A DNA stretch of 62,948 nt, the filler included, from Neoconidiobolus thromboides FSU 785 (taxonomy: Eukaryota; Fungi; Entomophthoromycota), in assembly GCA_025603075.1 (NCBI GenBank). It is 4 parts of 4 records of this genome, joined end to end, with 100 filler letters (N's around TTAATTAATTAA, not from the genome) between each part and the next. Parts side by side here need not be neighbours in the genome. Positions count along the whole stretch, not along the records: positions 1 to 24,357 come from MU626520.1; 3 more parts are not named here. The stretch is one strand, 5' to 3'. The position numbers were made by a program, and so were the translations under genes. The notes below the pieces were generated by a model, which searched no databases, was not told the origin of the DNA, and worked only from the letters and a program-made list of their open reading frames with translations. Below, one piece after another: positions 1-10,607 of the stretch (position 1 is its first letter; each line of letters starts with the position of its first letter).

Positions 1-1211
1 AATATGGTACTGATATGAAGATTCGGGGAGTTAATTTAGGTGGTTGGTTAGTACCTGAGCCTTTCATTGTCCCTTCTATTTTTGAAGATCATGTTAATGA
101 AGGAGTAGTAGATGAATGGACATTATGTTCAACTATAGGAAAGCAAAAATGTAGTGAGAGATTATTAAACCATTACGATACCTGGGTAACTGAAGATGAT
201 ATAAAAACAATAGCTAATGCTGGATTAAATCATGTACGTATACCTATTGGATATTGGCAATTTGATATACAAGATAACGAACCCTTTATTTATGGAGGTT
301 GGAAATATTTACTACGTGGTATTCAATGGTGTAGAAAATATGGAATAAGAGTAATGATTGATTTTCATGCAGCACCAGGTTCACAGAATGGATGGAATCA
401 TTCTGGACGACAAGGAGAGATTCGATTTTTAAATAAGAATTATACAGAGTCTCCAGAATACGTTGAAAGATTCCTTGGTATTGTATTAGATGTAGTGAGA
501 TATTTTGATCAAGATGAATTTAAAAATGTAGTTACTCAAATTGGTGTATTAAATGAACCAGCTATTTATAAAACGGATCAAGCATTGACCTTAGAATTCT
601 ACAAAAATAGTTTCAACGAAATAAGAAAAATTAATTCTAATAGAGATACTATGCCTTTATTAATTTATCATGAAGGTTTTCTAGGTTTATCTAAATGGGA
701 AGGTACAATGCCTTCAGATAAATTCCCTAAGGTGGTTTTAGATTCACATAACTATATTATATTTGATCAAAATTTAATAACAAAACCTTTAAATGAAATC
801 AATAACTTTCCTTGTGATGCATGGGTCCAAGATTTCAAAAAATCAATGACCAATTTTGGTATGACAATGTGCGGTGAGTTCTCCGTAGCTACTAATGATT
901 GTGGCAAATGGTTGAATGGTATAAAGTTAGGATCTCGTTATGATGGTACTTTTGAATCCGATAAACCAGCTTGTCCAACATGTACATGTAAAGGTAAAGA
1001 AGATTATTCAAAGTATAGCCAACAAGATAAAGAATATTTAAAAACATTTGCTGAAAAACAAATGAGTGCATTTGAATCTGGGATTGGTTGGTACTTTTGG
1101 AATTTTAAAACGGAGAATCATGTCAATCCAGATTGGGACTACTTTCTAGGTTTAAAGGAAGGTTGGTTACCAAAAGATGCTAATAAGAGAACTTATTCTT
1201 GTGCTTCTTAA
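1..1211 (+). CDS. Glycoside hydrolase family 5 glucan 1,3-beta-glucosidase (exo-beta-1,3-glucanase, Exg1-like); 5' end probably outside the window
   Basis: Motifs RGVNLGGWLVPEP, LNHVRIPIGYW, DFHAAPGSQNGWNHSG, LNEP (acid/base Glu) and CGEFS (nucleophile Glu). The frame is open upstream of ATG 15 (KYGTD) and no signal peptide is visible, so the real start is likely upstream. Confidence 0.93.
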   Translation, partial: YGTDMKIRGVNLGGWLVPEPFIVPSIFEDHVNEGVVDEWTLCSTIGKQKCSERLLNHYDTWVTEDDIKTIANAGLNHVRIPIGYWQFDIQDNEPFIYGGWKYLLRGIQWCRKYGIRVMIDFHAAPGSQNGWNHSGRQGEIRFLNKNYTESPEYVERFLGIVLDVVRYFDQDEFKNVVTQIGVLNEPAIYKTDQALTLEFYKNSFNEIRKINSNRDTMPLLIYHEGFLGLSKWEGTMPSDKFPKVVLDSHNYIIFDQNLITKPLNEINNFPCDAWVQDFKKSMTNFGMTMCGEFSVATNDCGKWLNGIKLGSRYDGTFESDKPACPTCTCKGKEDYSKYSQQDKEYLKTFAEKQMSAFESGIGWYFWNFKTENHVNPDWDYFLGLKEGWLPKDANKRTYSCAS

Positions 1212-1366
1212 AAAATATACATTTTCTTATATTATCAATAAAGTTATATTATTTTATTACCTTATCTTAATTTATAAAATTATTTTGTATCTATTCAAAA
1301 CTTGTCTAAAAAACTTAAAGAACGGAAAAGCTTGCTTATTCAGTCAAAAAAGTTACCTGTCGGATA

Positions 1367-1448
1367 CGACACCTGCAGGATTTGAACCTGCGCGGGGAAA
1401 CCCCATGAGCTTTCTAGGCTCACGCCTTAACCGCTCGGCCAAAGTGTC
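1367..1448 (-). tRNA. tRNA-Ser(AGA), 82 nt, long variable arm, intronless
   Basis: The reverse complement folds as GACACTT/AGGTGTC acceptor stem, D-arm with TGGCCGAGCGG A-box, TGAGC-CT-AGA-AA-GCTCA anticodon arm, GGGG-TTT-CCCC variable arm and GGTTCAAATCC B-box. A T6 Pol III terminator follows at 1346-1351. Confidence 0.95.
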
Positions 1449-1786
1449 CTATTACAGTTTTGTTTAATAAAAAATGTATAAATAAATCATAAATACGTAA
1501 CACCTATTATCAGTGAATAGAAGGATAACTATACTATTATCAAATTAATAGTTTAAAATAAAGTTTAACGATAGAAAATAATCAAGTTATAGTTAAAACA
1601 AGGATGAGATATAATCCATGCTCAAAAAAAGGTAATAAATAACAATAACAATTTAATAATACAAGATCCACTTTAAATTTCTAAAACAACGAAAGGAGAA
1701 ATAGAAAATTTCAAAGGATGAAAGAAATAGGGAGATAAAGGAAGACTCGATTTTAAAAAATAGTAATCCCAGTTTGATATTTCAAA

Positions 1787-3007
1787 CTATTCTTTTACAA
1801 TGTTACAATTTTTCTTTTTAATTGGGGAATTGAATAGAATCTCTTCCAATCGAGGTGGAAGCTGATGATATAATAACCATTCATTATCTAGTGTAGAAGT
1901 GTCATCCTTATTTACAAGAGTAAGCTCTGGTTCCCCATTTACTTTTAGCGATCTCCTATCTTGTGTGATTGTCAAAGGTCCGTTATTTTGGTTTAATTGA
2001 TTATGGGAATTACTTTTAACTTTGGTTGGTGTTGTATAATTAAAGATATCAGGAACTTTCTTCACTCGTTGGGAAAAATCCTGTGGTTTTGAACCGAAAA
2101 TATCTACATCTTGTCGTCTTATTATGGTGGGTGTTTTTATTAATATGGGGTTAAAGCGGGAGTGGAGGCGTTGTTTTGGCTTGTTATTGAAATCAAACAT
2201 AGAGGTTAGATTATCTTTGTATTCCTCCTTGTTAGGTTGAAGTCTCTGATCAATAGGCAAGTTGAGTAATAAAGAAGATGGATTATAAGGTCGAAGTAAA
2301 TAAGGTTTAATTAACTTAATTTGTGGTAAACTATTTAAATTTAACAATATATTTTTTGGAAAATAAGATTGAAATTTCATAGCATCTATTGAATTTAATT
2401 GATAATAATTATAATAAATTAATTTAGCCAAATATCTTACAATTTCATTATTGTCTATTAAACCTTTTTTTAGATAATTAATTACATTTTCCCTGTATTG
2501 TTTGATGTTTTGTTGAGTTAACTTATAAACTATTAAATCTATTAATGAGGATATAAAACATCGAGCTTGACCATCATATAAACTAAATTTATTTAATAAT
2601 ATAGTAAAGATTGATGAGTGATTACAATTATTAATCAAAACAGTTAATGTTTGATAACTTTTTTTATGCAATTCTTTGTGTTGTCGTACTAGATATCCTT
2701 TTAACCAAGGAACAACTATTGTTATAAAAGGCTCAAATAACTCTTTTGTTATCTCAACAAATGAAATAATAAAATTACAAACAGCTTTATTAATTGTAAA
2801 ATGGGAATTATTGAAACTCATTTCTATTATATTTTTCAATTCTATTGTTTGATTTATAAAATTACTATCAATTGATTTATAATTGGATAAATTAACGGAT
2901 AGATCAGATAATATTGTGACACATTGTCGCCATGTTTTTTGATTAATATGTTGATTAAATTGCCGATTAACATTTTTGATAAGGATATCTAATCCGGACA
3001 TGACCAA
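1787..3007 (-). CDS. CLASP N-terminal (TOG/HEAT-like) domain protein, Stu1-like, with low-complexity C-terminal tail
   Basis: Single 406-aa ORF. The N-terminal half is helical with CLASP_N-like motifs (TWRQCVTILSDL, FEPFITIVVPWLK, YLKKGLIDNNEIVRYLAK). Recognised by pattern only. Confidence 0.6.
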   Translation of the reverse strand: MVMSGLDILIKNVNRQFNQHINQKTWRQCVTILSDLSVNLSNYKSIDSNFINQTIELKNIIEMSFNNSHFTINKAVCNFIISFVEITKELFEPFITIVVPWLKGYLVRQHKELHKKSYQTLTVLINNCNHSSIFTILLNKFSLYDGQARCFISSLIDLIVYKLTQQNIKQYRENVINYLKKGLIDNNEIVRYLAKLIYYNYYQLNSIDAMKFQSYFPKNILLNLNSLPQIKLIKPYLLRPYNPSSLLLNLPIDQRLQPNKEEYKDNLTSMFDFNNKPKQRLHSRFNPILIKTPTIIRRQDVDIFGSKPQDFSQRVKKVPDIFNYTTPTKVKSNSHNQLNQNNGPLTITQDRRSLKVNGEPELTLVNKDDTSTLDNEWLLYHQLPPRLEEILFNSPIKKKNCNIVKE

Positions 3008-3515
3008 TATTTAGAGTTATGTATTTTATTTAAATGCTAAATAAGCAAAAAAAGGTTATTCATAAATTATTAAAATTCTCATTATCTTTACTCTAAGTTA
3101 TGTTAGTATCAAATTAAAATTAACTTGGATTTTTAGAACCAATTAGAAACGATCTAATAAACCATGTTTATGAATTCACTCGTAAAGAAAGCTACTATAC
3201 TCTTAAGTAGTAGACCTATCTTATTTTTCTAATATTTCTCTCTTACTATTTCTACTTTATTAAAGTAATTATCAAACTAAAATCAAGTTAATGTTTAACT
3301 TTTAGTAGTTTTATCTGTAGAAAAGTGTCAAAGAATACGTTTATTGAAGTGACTTTCGAGTTTAAAGTAAAGAAAAATCAAGTTGTTAATAACATAAGTA
3401 AATAGGACAAAGGAAGTCAGCCCTACTTTTCAACTTTTGAAAAAAACGACAAACTACAATAAACATATTTTATTACAATAAAAACACTAACGAATACTGT
3501 AAATTGAATACTGAT

Positions 3516-4844
3516 TTACTCTAACTTAAGCCAATCTATCATTGGATTTCTTATGATATCATTATAAGGTCCATCATCTCTATCAGGAGCAATAAATAAC
3601 AGTGGAGTATCATATTTATAATTAGTATTCTGATTTGTTTTTATAATAGCAAAATTATTAATAATAACAATTTCAAGGTTTGGAAATATAGATAAAAAAC
3701 ATTTGAATGTTTTAAGTGACTCATGTAAGCCTTCAATTTCAATTTTTTTTATAAATTTACATTCATTGATTTTACTAGCAACAATAGAATCAATAAATAA
3801 TTCTCTAGCTTTAATATCAAATTTCTCAATATAAATTTTATGAACATTCGATAATAACGATATAAAATTTAATAATTCAATTGATAATTTTTTAATGTAA
3901 ATTTCTTTTAAGGTTGTTAGTTTCATAAACTCATTAAATTGCGCTTTTGAATTAAGGTGACCTAAAGTAGTAACATTGCTATCTTGTATTAACTTCATAT
4001 TACTAATCCCGCTATCATCTACTTCAAAAAGGCTACCTGAAAAATCCACTAACTCAACACTTTTTAATTTCTTTAAATTTCCAAAACAAGTAATATCAAA
4101 GTCATTAAATTCTCCACGAACTTGTAATTTTAAATTGGAAATAAAATTGAAGTTAGGGTTGAACTCAGCTGGAGTAGCAATAATATCAGTAGTCTCCATC
4201 TGTAATAACTTTAACTTAGTAAACTCAATTTTAATTCTATCTAATCCATCAAGATCTAAATAATCAAAAGAATACAGTTTAAATGACTGTAATTTAGTTG
4301 AATTAAGATATTGAACTACATCTTTAATTATTATATCATCTCCGATGATTTCAAATGTATCAATTTGATTCAAATAATCTTTGAATAATCCTAATGATTC
4401 TAGATAATAAATGGAACTTATTGATATCTTTTTTAAGTTTGGTAATTTAATTTTTATTCTTAGTTTATTGTCCTTTCTGCCATTACTACTACCAATGTTA
4501 CTTTTATCCTCACTATCGTTATCATCCTCCTCATTAAAATCATCAAACTGTCTTTCATAAGCTAATGAAATCAAATTTGGACAAATATTAACAATACCAA
4601 AATTATTATTTCCAATATTAATATGCTTCATCAAAGAACCATAGTTCTCAATAAATTTTTGTTGATAGTTAATATATTTACCAACATAATAAACTGAATA
4701 AGTTAAATTATATTTGATAATATAATTGATAACTTTAAATAAATATTTGTTTAGAAATCTGTAATTGAATAACTCTTCTGAGTTAAGCTGTTTGAAGATT
4801 GCTTCTAATAGGATGTCTGGTAATTCATCGAATCTCAATGGCAT
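3516..4844 (-). CDS. F-box/RNI-like (LRR) protein
   Basis: N-terminal F-box (LRFDELPDILLEAIFKQLNSEELFNYRFLNK) followed by LRR-like LxxLxxLxI segments. Intronless, 442 aa. Confidence 0.75.
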   Translation of the reverse strand: MPLRFDELPDILLEAIFKQLNSEELFNYRFLNKYLFKVINYIIKYNLTYSVYYVGKYINYQQKFIENYGSLMKHINIGNNNFGIVNICPNLISLAYERQFDDFNEEDDNDSEDKSNIGSSNGRKDNKLRIKIKLPNLKKISISSIYYLESLGLFKDYLNQIDTFEIIGDDIIIKDVVQYLNSTKLQSFKLYSFDYLDLDGLDRIKIEFTKLKLLQMETTDIIATPAEFNPNFNFISNLKLQVRGEFNDFDITCFGNLKKLKSVELVDFSGSLFEVDDSGISNMKLIQDSNVTTLGHLNSKAQFNEFMKLTTLKEIYIKKLSIELLNFISLLSNVHKIYIEKFDIKARELFIDSIVASKINECKFIKKIEIEGLHESLKTFKCFLSIFPNLEIVIINNFAIIKTNQNTNYKYDTPLLFIAPDRDDGPYNDIIRNPMIDWLKLE

Positions 4845-5021
4845 ATTGAAATTCTATTAAAAAAGAAAGGAAGTTGATATTCTTTTTAGATTTGAATTGT
4901 TTGAAAATATTGATAAATTGTTGCAGAATTTAACCTCATTTGCAAAATAAACACAGTTTTTTTCAAAGATTGAAATTATCCAATAATTCCTTTTAAAATG
5001 AAAATGGCTTCAAAAAAGAAC

Positions 5022-5119
5022 AAATGGGGATGTATTTTTGTGTTTAAGAATTTTACTAGTTAATTTTCCGCTTAAATAGCACTTGAAAAATAATGAAACC
5101 AAAAGAAATACTCCCATAT
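5022..5119 (+). mobile_element. MITE family A copy 1 (internal deletion)
   Basis: aaat-GGGGATGTATTTTTG...ATACTCCC-atat; matches the ~105-bp family consensus. Strand is an arbitrary orientation. Confidence 0.75.
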
Positions 5120-5434
5120 TTTGATCAATTTTCTCTAAATTTATTGTGTTTACATGTATATATAATAAAATATTTTCTACGTCAAAAGTTATTAATATCA
5201 TCAAAACTGTGGTCTTTATTTTTCGATAAAAATTAATTCATTTTACTATAACCAACCTATTAGAAAGACATTAAAATAAACAGCTAAGTTATATTGTCTC
5301 AATACGATTTGAGGGATCATATTTAAATATTTTATTAACACTATAGAAGGTTATACTATATAACTGATTCTAGACTATTTTCTATTTTATTGAACTTTAT
5401 AAATTTTTTAATTTTTAAGATATTTTTTATTAAC

Positions 5435-6436
5435 TTATCTAACATATTGTTGAATCCATTGAGCATAAGTATTAACACGAGCAAACACAGAAGGAAAGTC
5501 AGGATTAAGACATCTTAAATCTTTGACAAAGGAAGTAACACCAATGATAGTATTTCCAATAACAAGTGGACCTCCAGAATCGCCTTGACAAACAGCCGAA
5601 CGACCTTCACGATAACCAGCACATAAGTGATGAGGTTTAGATAAACCTTGATAAGCAGCATTACAAGAATCAAAAGAATAGACGGGAAGGTTAGCTTCTT
5701 GAAGTTGAGAAGCTAACCTTTGTTGATCATTTGGGTCTACTCTACCCCAACCTGCAAATCGTGTTGAACTACCCTCACGATCCCCTGTATTTTGTGTATC
5801 AATTTGGTAGAAATTACGTCCACTAACTGGGGTTGATAATTTCCAAATAGCAACATCATATTGAATATAACCGCCAGAGCTATAATTGGGATGTTTAATG
5901 ATTTGGCTTACTCGATGTTCGGTATATGGACCATCTGGTCCATTTTGAGCTTGGCCTTGGCCTTGGCCTTGTTGTGGCTGTTGTGGCTGCTGTTGCTCTT
6001 CTTGTGGCCATCCCGGTTGTTGTTGCTGCTCTTCTTCTTGTGGCCACCATGGTTGTTGCTGTTGTTGCTGTTCACCACCCCACCATGGTTGTTCTCCTTC
6101 TTGTTCACCACCCCACCATTGACGTCTTTGAAGGTTTCCACCACCGTATGCCCAAACAGAAACAGAATTTGGAGAAACTTCGGAACAATGAGAAGCTGTT
6201 AATACAGTATTAGCATTGAGAAGAGCACCACCACACGAATGTCCACCGTTAACACGTAATGAAACTAAGGATGGATAGTTGGCCCATGAACCAGTAGAGC
6301 CATTGATAATTCTATTAGTCGGAGCATTATCAGATTTTGTGGAGTTTTTATCGGCTGGTGCAGCTTGTGTTGAAGTAGCTAAAGTAGCTATAAAAAAGAG
6401 CTCAAATGCTCTGATTAAAATATCCTTTTGTACCAT
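5435..6436 (-). CDS. Secreted S1A (chymotrypsin-fold) serine protease with elastase-type S1 pocket and a Q/W/P/E-rich repeat insertion
   Basis: Signal peptide, propeptide ending R-IING, TASHC (His57), YDVAIWKL (Asp102), CQGDSGGP (Ser195) and SFV (214-216). Intronless. Confidence 0.95.
   Translation of the reverse strand: MVQKDILIRAFELFFIATLATSTQAAPADKNSTKSDNAPTNRIINGSTGSWANYPSLVSLRVNGGHSCGGALLNANTVLTASHCSEVSPNSVSVWAYGGGNLQRRQWWGGEQEGEQPWWGGEQQQQQQPWWPQEEEQQQQPGWPQEEQQQPQQPQQGQGQGQAQNGPDGPYTEHRVSQIIKHPNYSSGGYIQYDVAIWKLSTPVSGRNFYQIDTQNTGDREGSSTRFAGWGRVDPNDQQRLASQLQEANLPVYSFDSCNAAYQGLSKPHHLCAGYREGRSAVCQGDSGGPLVIGNTIIGVTSFVKDLRCLNPDFPSVFARVNTYAQWIQQYVR
5945..6121 (-). repeat. Coding degenerate tandem repeat (QPWWGGEQQ / QPWWPQEEE units, then QG dipeptides) inside the protease domain
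   Basis: Residues ~106-164 of the protease; recurring ccaccatggttgttg / tgttgc units on the + strand. Confidence 0.85.
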
Positions 6437-7112
6437 TTTAATTTAGTATCAAACTTAACTATATAATGATTACAGTTGGGCATCCTTCCCTTATATACTG
6501 TTTATGATTCTACTTTTACATAATATTAGACACTATCATTTTATATTTATCATAAAGTAATGTGAATATTCGTAAGCAGTTCCAGATCCAATGAAGATTC
6601 TTCCAAAAGTGTATTTAAAGTTTAATTAAAAAAAATAATGGTGGCGAGATTTATTAAATCTGGGACTTTAAAAAGGAGTAAAAAAATAATAGTAAGAAAA
6701 GAATATTAAAAAAGATATCAGGGCACTAATAATAAATTAATAAAGTATATATTAATAGTAAGGAATAAAATAAAGGCTTAATTGCTTATTTACCAGGTTA
6801 AGTAGTTCTATCTTATTAAACTTTATTTATTTTGATTTAATGTAGAGAATATTAATGCAATGACTCAACTTAAATTCGATTTACTTATCAATTTTATTTA
6901 TTGCAAAAGATAAATTAAACATAAACGTTATACAAATATTCTTTTCGAGAAATTGAATGGGAAAAGCTATAACTTTAATTTAGAAAATAAAAAATAATTA
7001 TATATATTATTCAGTTTTTACTTTTTTAATTTTTCATTTAATTTTATAAATTTTTAATATGAGTCAAAATTAGAAAATATTGTTCCAAATTTTAGGCTAG
7101 CTTTTAAATATC

Positions 7113-7219
7113 ATATGGGGATGTATTTTTGTGTTTAAGAATTTTACTAACAAATTTTCCGCTCAAATAGCGCTTAAAAAATGGAAGAAATAATGAAGTT
7201 AAAAAAAACACTCCCATAT
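7113..7219 (+). mobile_element. MITE family A copy 2 (full length, 107 bp including both ATAT flanks)
   Basis: atat-GGGGATGTATTTTT...AAAAAAAACACTCCC-atat. Confidence 0.8.
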
Positions 7220-7410
7220 ATTTAAACCTTTATATATGAATTTGAAAAAATTAGTAGAATATCTAAATTCAATTGTTTATACTATTTCTTACTACATGTT
7301 TTTTTAGTATATCTTTAAAAATATTAAATTATATAAATTCAGTTAATTCGCCTTTAAAAAACAACACCACTAATTTAATAAATAATTTAAATATAATTTA
7401 CCAAAGTTAT

Positions 7411-7515
7411 ATTAGGGGTATTTTTTTGGCTTCATTACTTTTTCCATTTTTTGAGCATTATCTGAGTGGAAAAATTCTTAGTAAAATTCTTAAACACAAA
7501 AATACATCCCCATAT
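7411..7515 (-). mobile_element. MITE family A copy 3 (inverted partner of copy 2)
   Basis: atta-GGGGTATTTTTTT...AAAAATACATCCCC-atat. Confidence 0.8.
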
Positions 7516-8265
7516 GATATTTAAATAAAATTAACAATTTAAGTAAAAACGTTTTATATATAATGCAAAAAGTAATACTATGCTTTAACAAAGCTAAGTT
7601 TGCTAACAATGATAAATAAAATGGTTATTATAATGATAGTTCTAAAAATAATTGGATTTATTTTCAGTTAAATTGAGTTTTGCAACATTAATAATTTATA
7701 AATTAACCTTTTGATAATATCAAAAATAATTAGAAAGTTATTTCTGTCCAAAGTCAAGTTGTATTGTTATTTTATGTATGAAAATTTAAATTAGTAAATA
7801 AAGTGATATTGCTATTTATTAAAGTAACTTTAAGAGTTTTTCAATAGAAATAAAAGGAAAAACTTGCTGTTTTAAATAACTTAACTTAAATGAGTGTTGG
7901 TGACTAATATATAGGGTAATAAACTTAATATTTTAAATATCAGTATATTATATTTAACATGCATTTACACTTTCTCTAAAAAAGTTTTTAGTAGTAAAAC
8001 ATTATAAGGCTTTAGCCTTCCTTAATATCTTAAAAACTAAATTGAGGATCACTTAAAAGTTTTAGAAGTGGTACGGGAATAAAAAGGTAAGTGATCATAA
8101 TTCTGTGATTAATAAAAGATACTCTAGTTCAAGAGTTTGATTCGATTCAGCTTTGTGTAGATCAATGAAAATAATTTAGTTTGTAGAAATAAGAAATGGT
8201 AATATATTTTGAATTTAAACATTTCTCTGGTTGATAGCATTTAAAAAATGCAAAAGAATCTATTG

Positions 8266-8338
8266 CACTCCCTGCGGGACTCGAACCCGCAATCCTCAGA
8301 TTAGAAGTCTGATGCCTTATCCATTGGGCCAAGGGAGC
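8266..8338 (-). tRNA. tRNA-Arg(TCT), 73 nt, intronless
   Basis: The reverse complement gives GCTCCCT/AGGGAGT acceptor, TGGCCCAATGG A-box, TCAGA-CT-TCT-AA-TCTGA anticodon arm and GGTTCGAGTCC B-box. T-runs follow downstream. Confidence 0.95.
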
Positions 8339-8417
8339 TATTATATATCAGCAACTTATTAAGAAAGTATATAAATAATTAAGTAATAAATTAAATAAGT
8401 CATCATGAAATAGTAAA

Positions 8418-8508
8418 CTGTGGGGGTGTTTTTTAATTTCATTACTTTTCCACTTTTTAAGCGCTATTTATGGAAAGATTAGTAAAATTCTTAAAAAAAT
8501 AATCCCAA
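8418..8508 (-). mobile_element. MITE family A copy 4 (degenerate)
   Basis: GGGGGTGTTTTTT...TTTCATTACTTTTCC...AAGCGCTATTT...AGTAAAATTCTTAAA...ATCCC, with internal deletions. Confidence 0.65.
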
Positions 8509-9443
8509 CTGCTTTTGATTTTCAAAAACAAAGGGTGTTTTTTAATTTTTTGATTTTTTAATTTTTACTCAATAATATTTAAAAAGTAAGATGACAATTT
8601 TTTTAAGTTGTTATTCAAGTTTATTGATTTTGTAATTTATTATATATTTTTATTGATTCAATAATTATTTTTATATGAAGTTACATTAAAACATTAGGTT
8701 TTATCTGATATCCGGTTACAATATTTTCATCTTATTAATATGCCATTAAAGTATAAGTTTATGTAACTTGGTATTTAAAGGTTAAGTAGAGTTAGTAAAA
8801 TTTATAAAGTATAAGCATTTTTTTTGCCTAAATACCATATTTTATTAATCAATTGAAATGGATTAAGGTAATAACTTAACTCAATCAAGTAAAAGTTATT
8901 GAGATGTGACTGCTTTGTATGACCTTATGGGTGATATATTTAGTAATTTCTAGAATGGAGAAAACTGGTGGGAGTATAGTTTATTATCAGATTTTAACAA
9001 CAAAATGGCCAAATAACCAAATATGATTGGCATGTTGCATCGTTTGAGCGTCTAATTACTATTTAATTGAACAAAAATATTAATAGATTTTTCTAGCTAT
9101 AGCGAGAATGACTCATGGATTATAAAGATTTGTTAAATTGGCGTTACTTTGCTTTATTCTATACCAAATTCTAAAGCGTTATTGGCTAATTTCAATGAAA
9201 CTTTAGGTAATAAAGGCTTTTGATATGCTAAAGAAGATTTGGAATACAAAATACAGTTCTAACATTGATTATGCTGAGTATTATGGACACCACCAAAAAA
9301 TATCGATGGAATCTAATTCGTTAAATCAGATTTGAGTTATCATATATAAAAGACGTGACTTTTATTTTTATCATTATTTTTAACTTTTATCAAATACAAA
9401 CACCAATACATCAAGCAATTAAATTTTAATAACTATTAATAAA

Positions 9444-9818
9444 ATGATAGAAAGGGAAAAGTATTTAAAAGAAACAAAGATTAAACAGGCGAATTTATCA
9501 CTTGTCGTTGAACAACGTAAACAAGAAAACCGAAAAAAAATTGATCATGCTAACCGAGAGCTCCATCAGAGCAAACCTAATGAGTCTAAATATACCAAAA
9601 AAAGATCTGTATCTTTTGATTTATCTAAAAATCAAATCCAAGTATTACCATCCATGAAAGCTATTAAAAGTACCATTAAACACATGGAAGAAGTCAATAT
9701 GTTAGAACATGCTAACTTTTCTACTTTATCTTTGACTGTAAAGCCTTCCTCTATAATTCCTGGCTCCTCATGCTTACCAAAATCATCTGCTCTTAAGCCG
9801 ATGAATTTGATTTTCTAA
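9444..9818 (+). CDS. Small hypothetical protein, N-terminal coiled coil plus RVxF-like motif (KKRSVSF)
   Basis: 124-aa ORF with coding-like composition in AT-rich surroundings; no family recognised. Confidence 0.4.
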   Translation: MIEREKYLKETKIKQANLSLVVEQRKQENRKKIDHANRELHQSKPNESKYTKKRSVSFDLSKNQIQVLPSMKAIKSTIKHMEEVNMLEHANFSTLSLTVKPSSIIPGSSCLPKSSALKPMNLIF

Positions 9819-10607
9819 GACTGGCTCCTTCCTTTTGATTGTTAAAAAAGGAAGGGCAAACTTGGTTATAAGTAATAAAGACTTATTATAAAACTACTTT
9901 TATTTATTTAAAATATTAATTATTTACTTTGTTGCTGAAATTATAATTTTTTGGGGTAATGTTTTATGGTTTATCAGGTACAATATTTAACGTCAACCGG
10001 TATATATACCCAATAGATTTAAAGTTACAGTTTTTAAGAAAATTTAGATAATTAGTGCTATTATTGTAATTATGTTATTATCAGTTGTATTATAAAGGGG
10101 TACATAATTGTTAGTCAAAGCAGTTAAGAAACACTTTTACAACTTAGTTTGTGTTAGAGCTGTATGCTTAAAAGGAGGTTATAACAAAAGAGATTTTTTC
10201 ACTTATAATTAAATTTTTAATAGTACTATTTAACAAGTTTTTTGTTCGAACAACTTTAATTGGGAACTAATAAATTTCCCGCACCTATTCTGTAAATATA
10301 TTTTACCTGTTTTTTATTTTCAAAATAGTTTCAAATAGCAGTATTATGTTATTTAGATAAAGCATATCTATATTCATTTATTATACTCCCATTTCTAATA
10401 TTTAGTTGTCTATACGATTTTTTATATTTTTAATAAACTTTCATTATGATACTATAAGTTGACCATCTAATTTAAATCTAAATTTAAATTTGAACTTTTA
10501 GTTATATACAAAAATGGTATTTTAGAGCTATTTACTCAAATCAAATAATTGTCTTTATTTTTATTAAATCGTCAAATCAATTCTTAAATAGCATCAATTT
10601 AATTAAC

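Noticed and set aside
1177-1467. 96-aa ORF after the GH5 gene
   Set aside because: It spans the 3' UTR and the antisense of tRNA-Ser and has no protein-like features.
5861-6213. Three overlapping ORFs over the protease insert
   Set aside because: They are antisense or alternative-frame shadows of a stop-poor low-complexity coding repeat.
8338-8508. MITE targeting upstream of tRNA genes
   Set aside because: Only one of 18 copies is near a tRNA gene, and tRNA-Ser has none.
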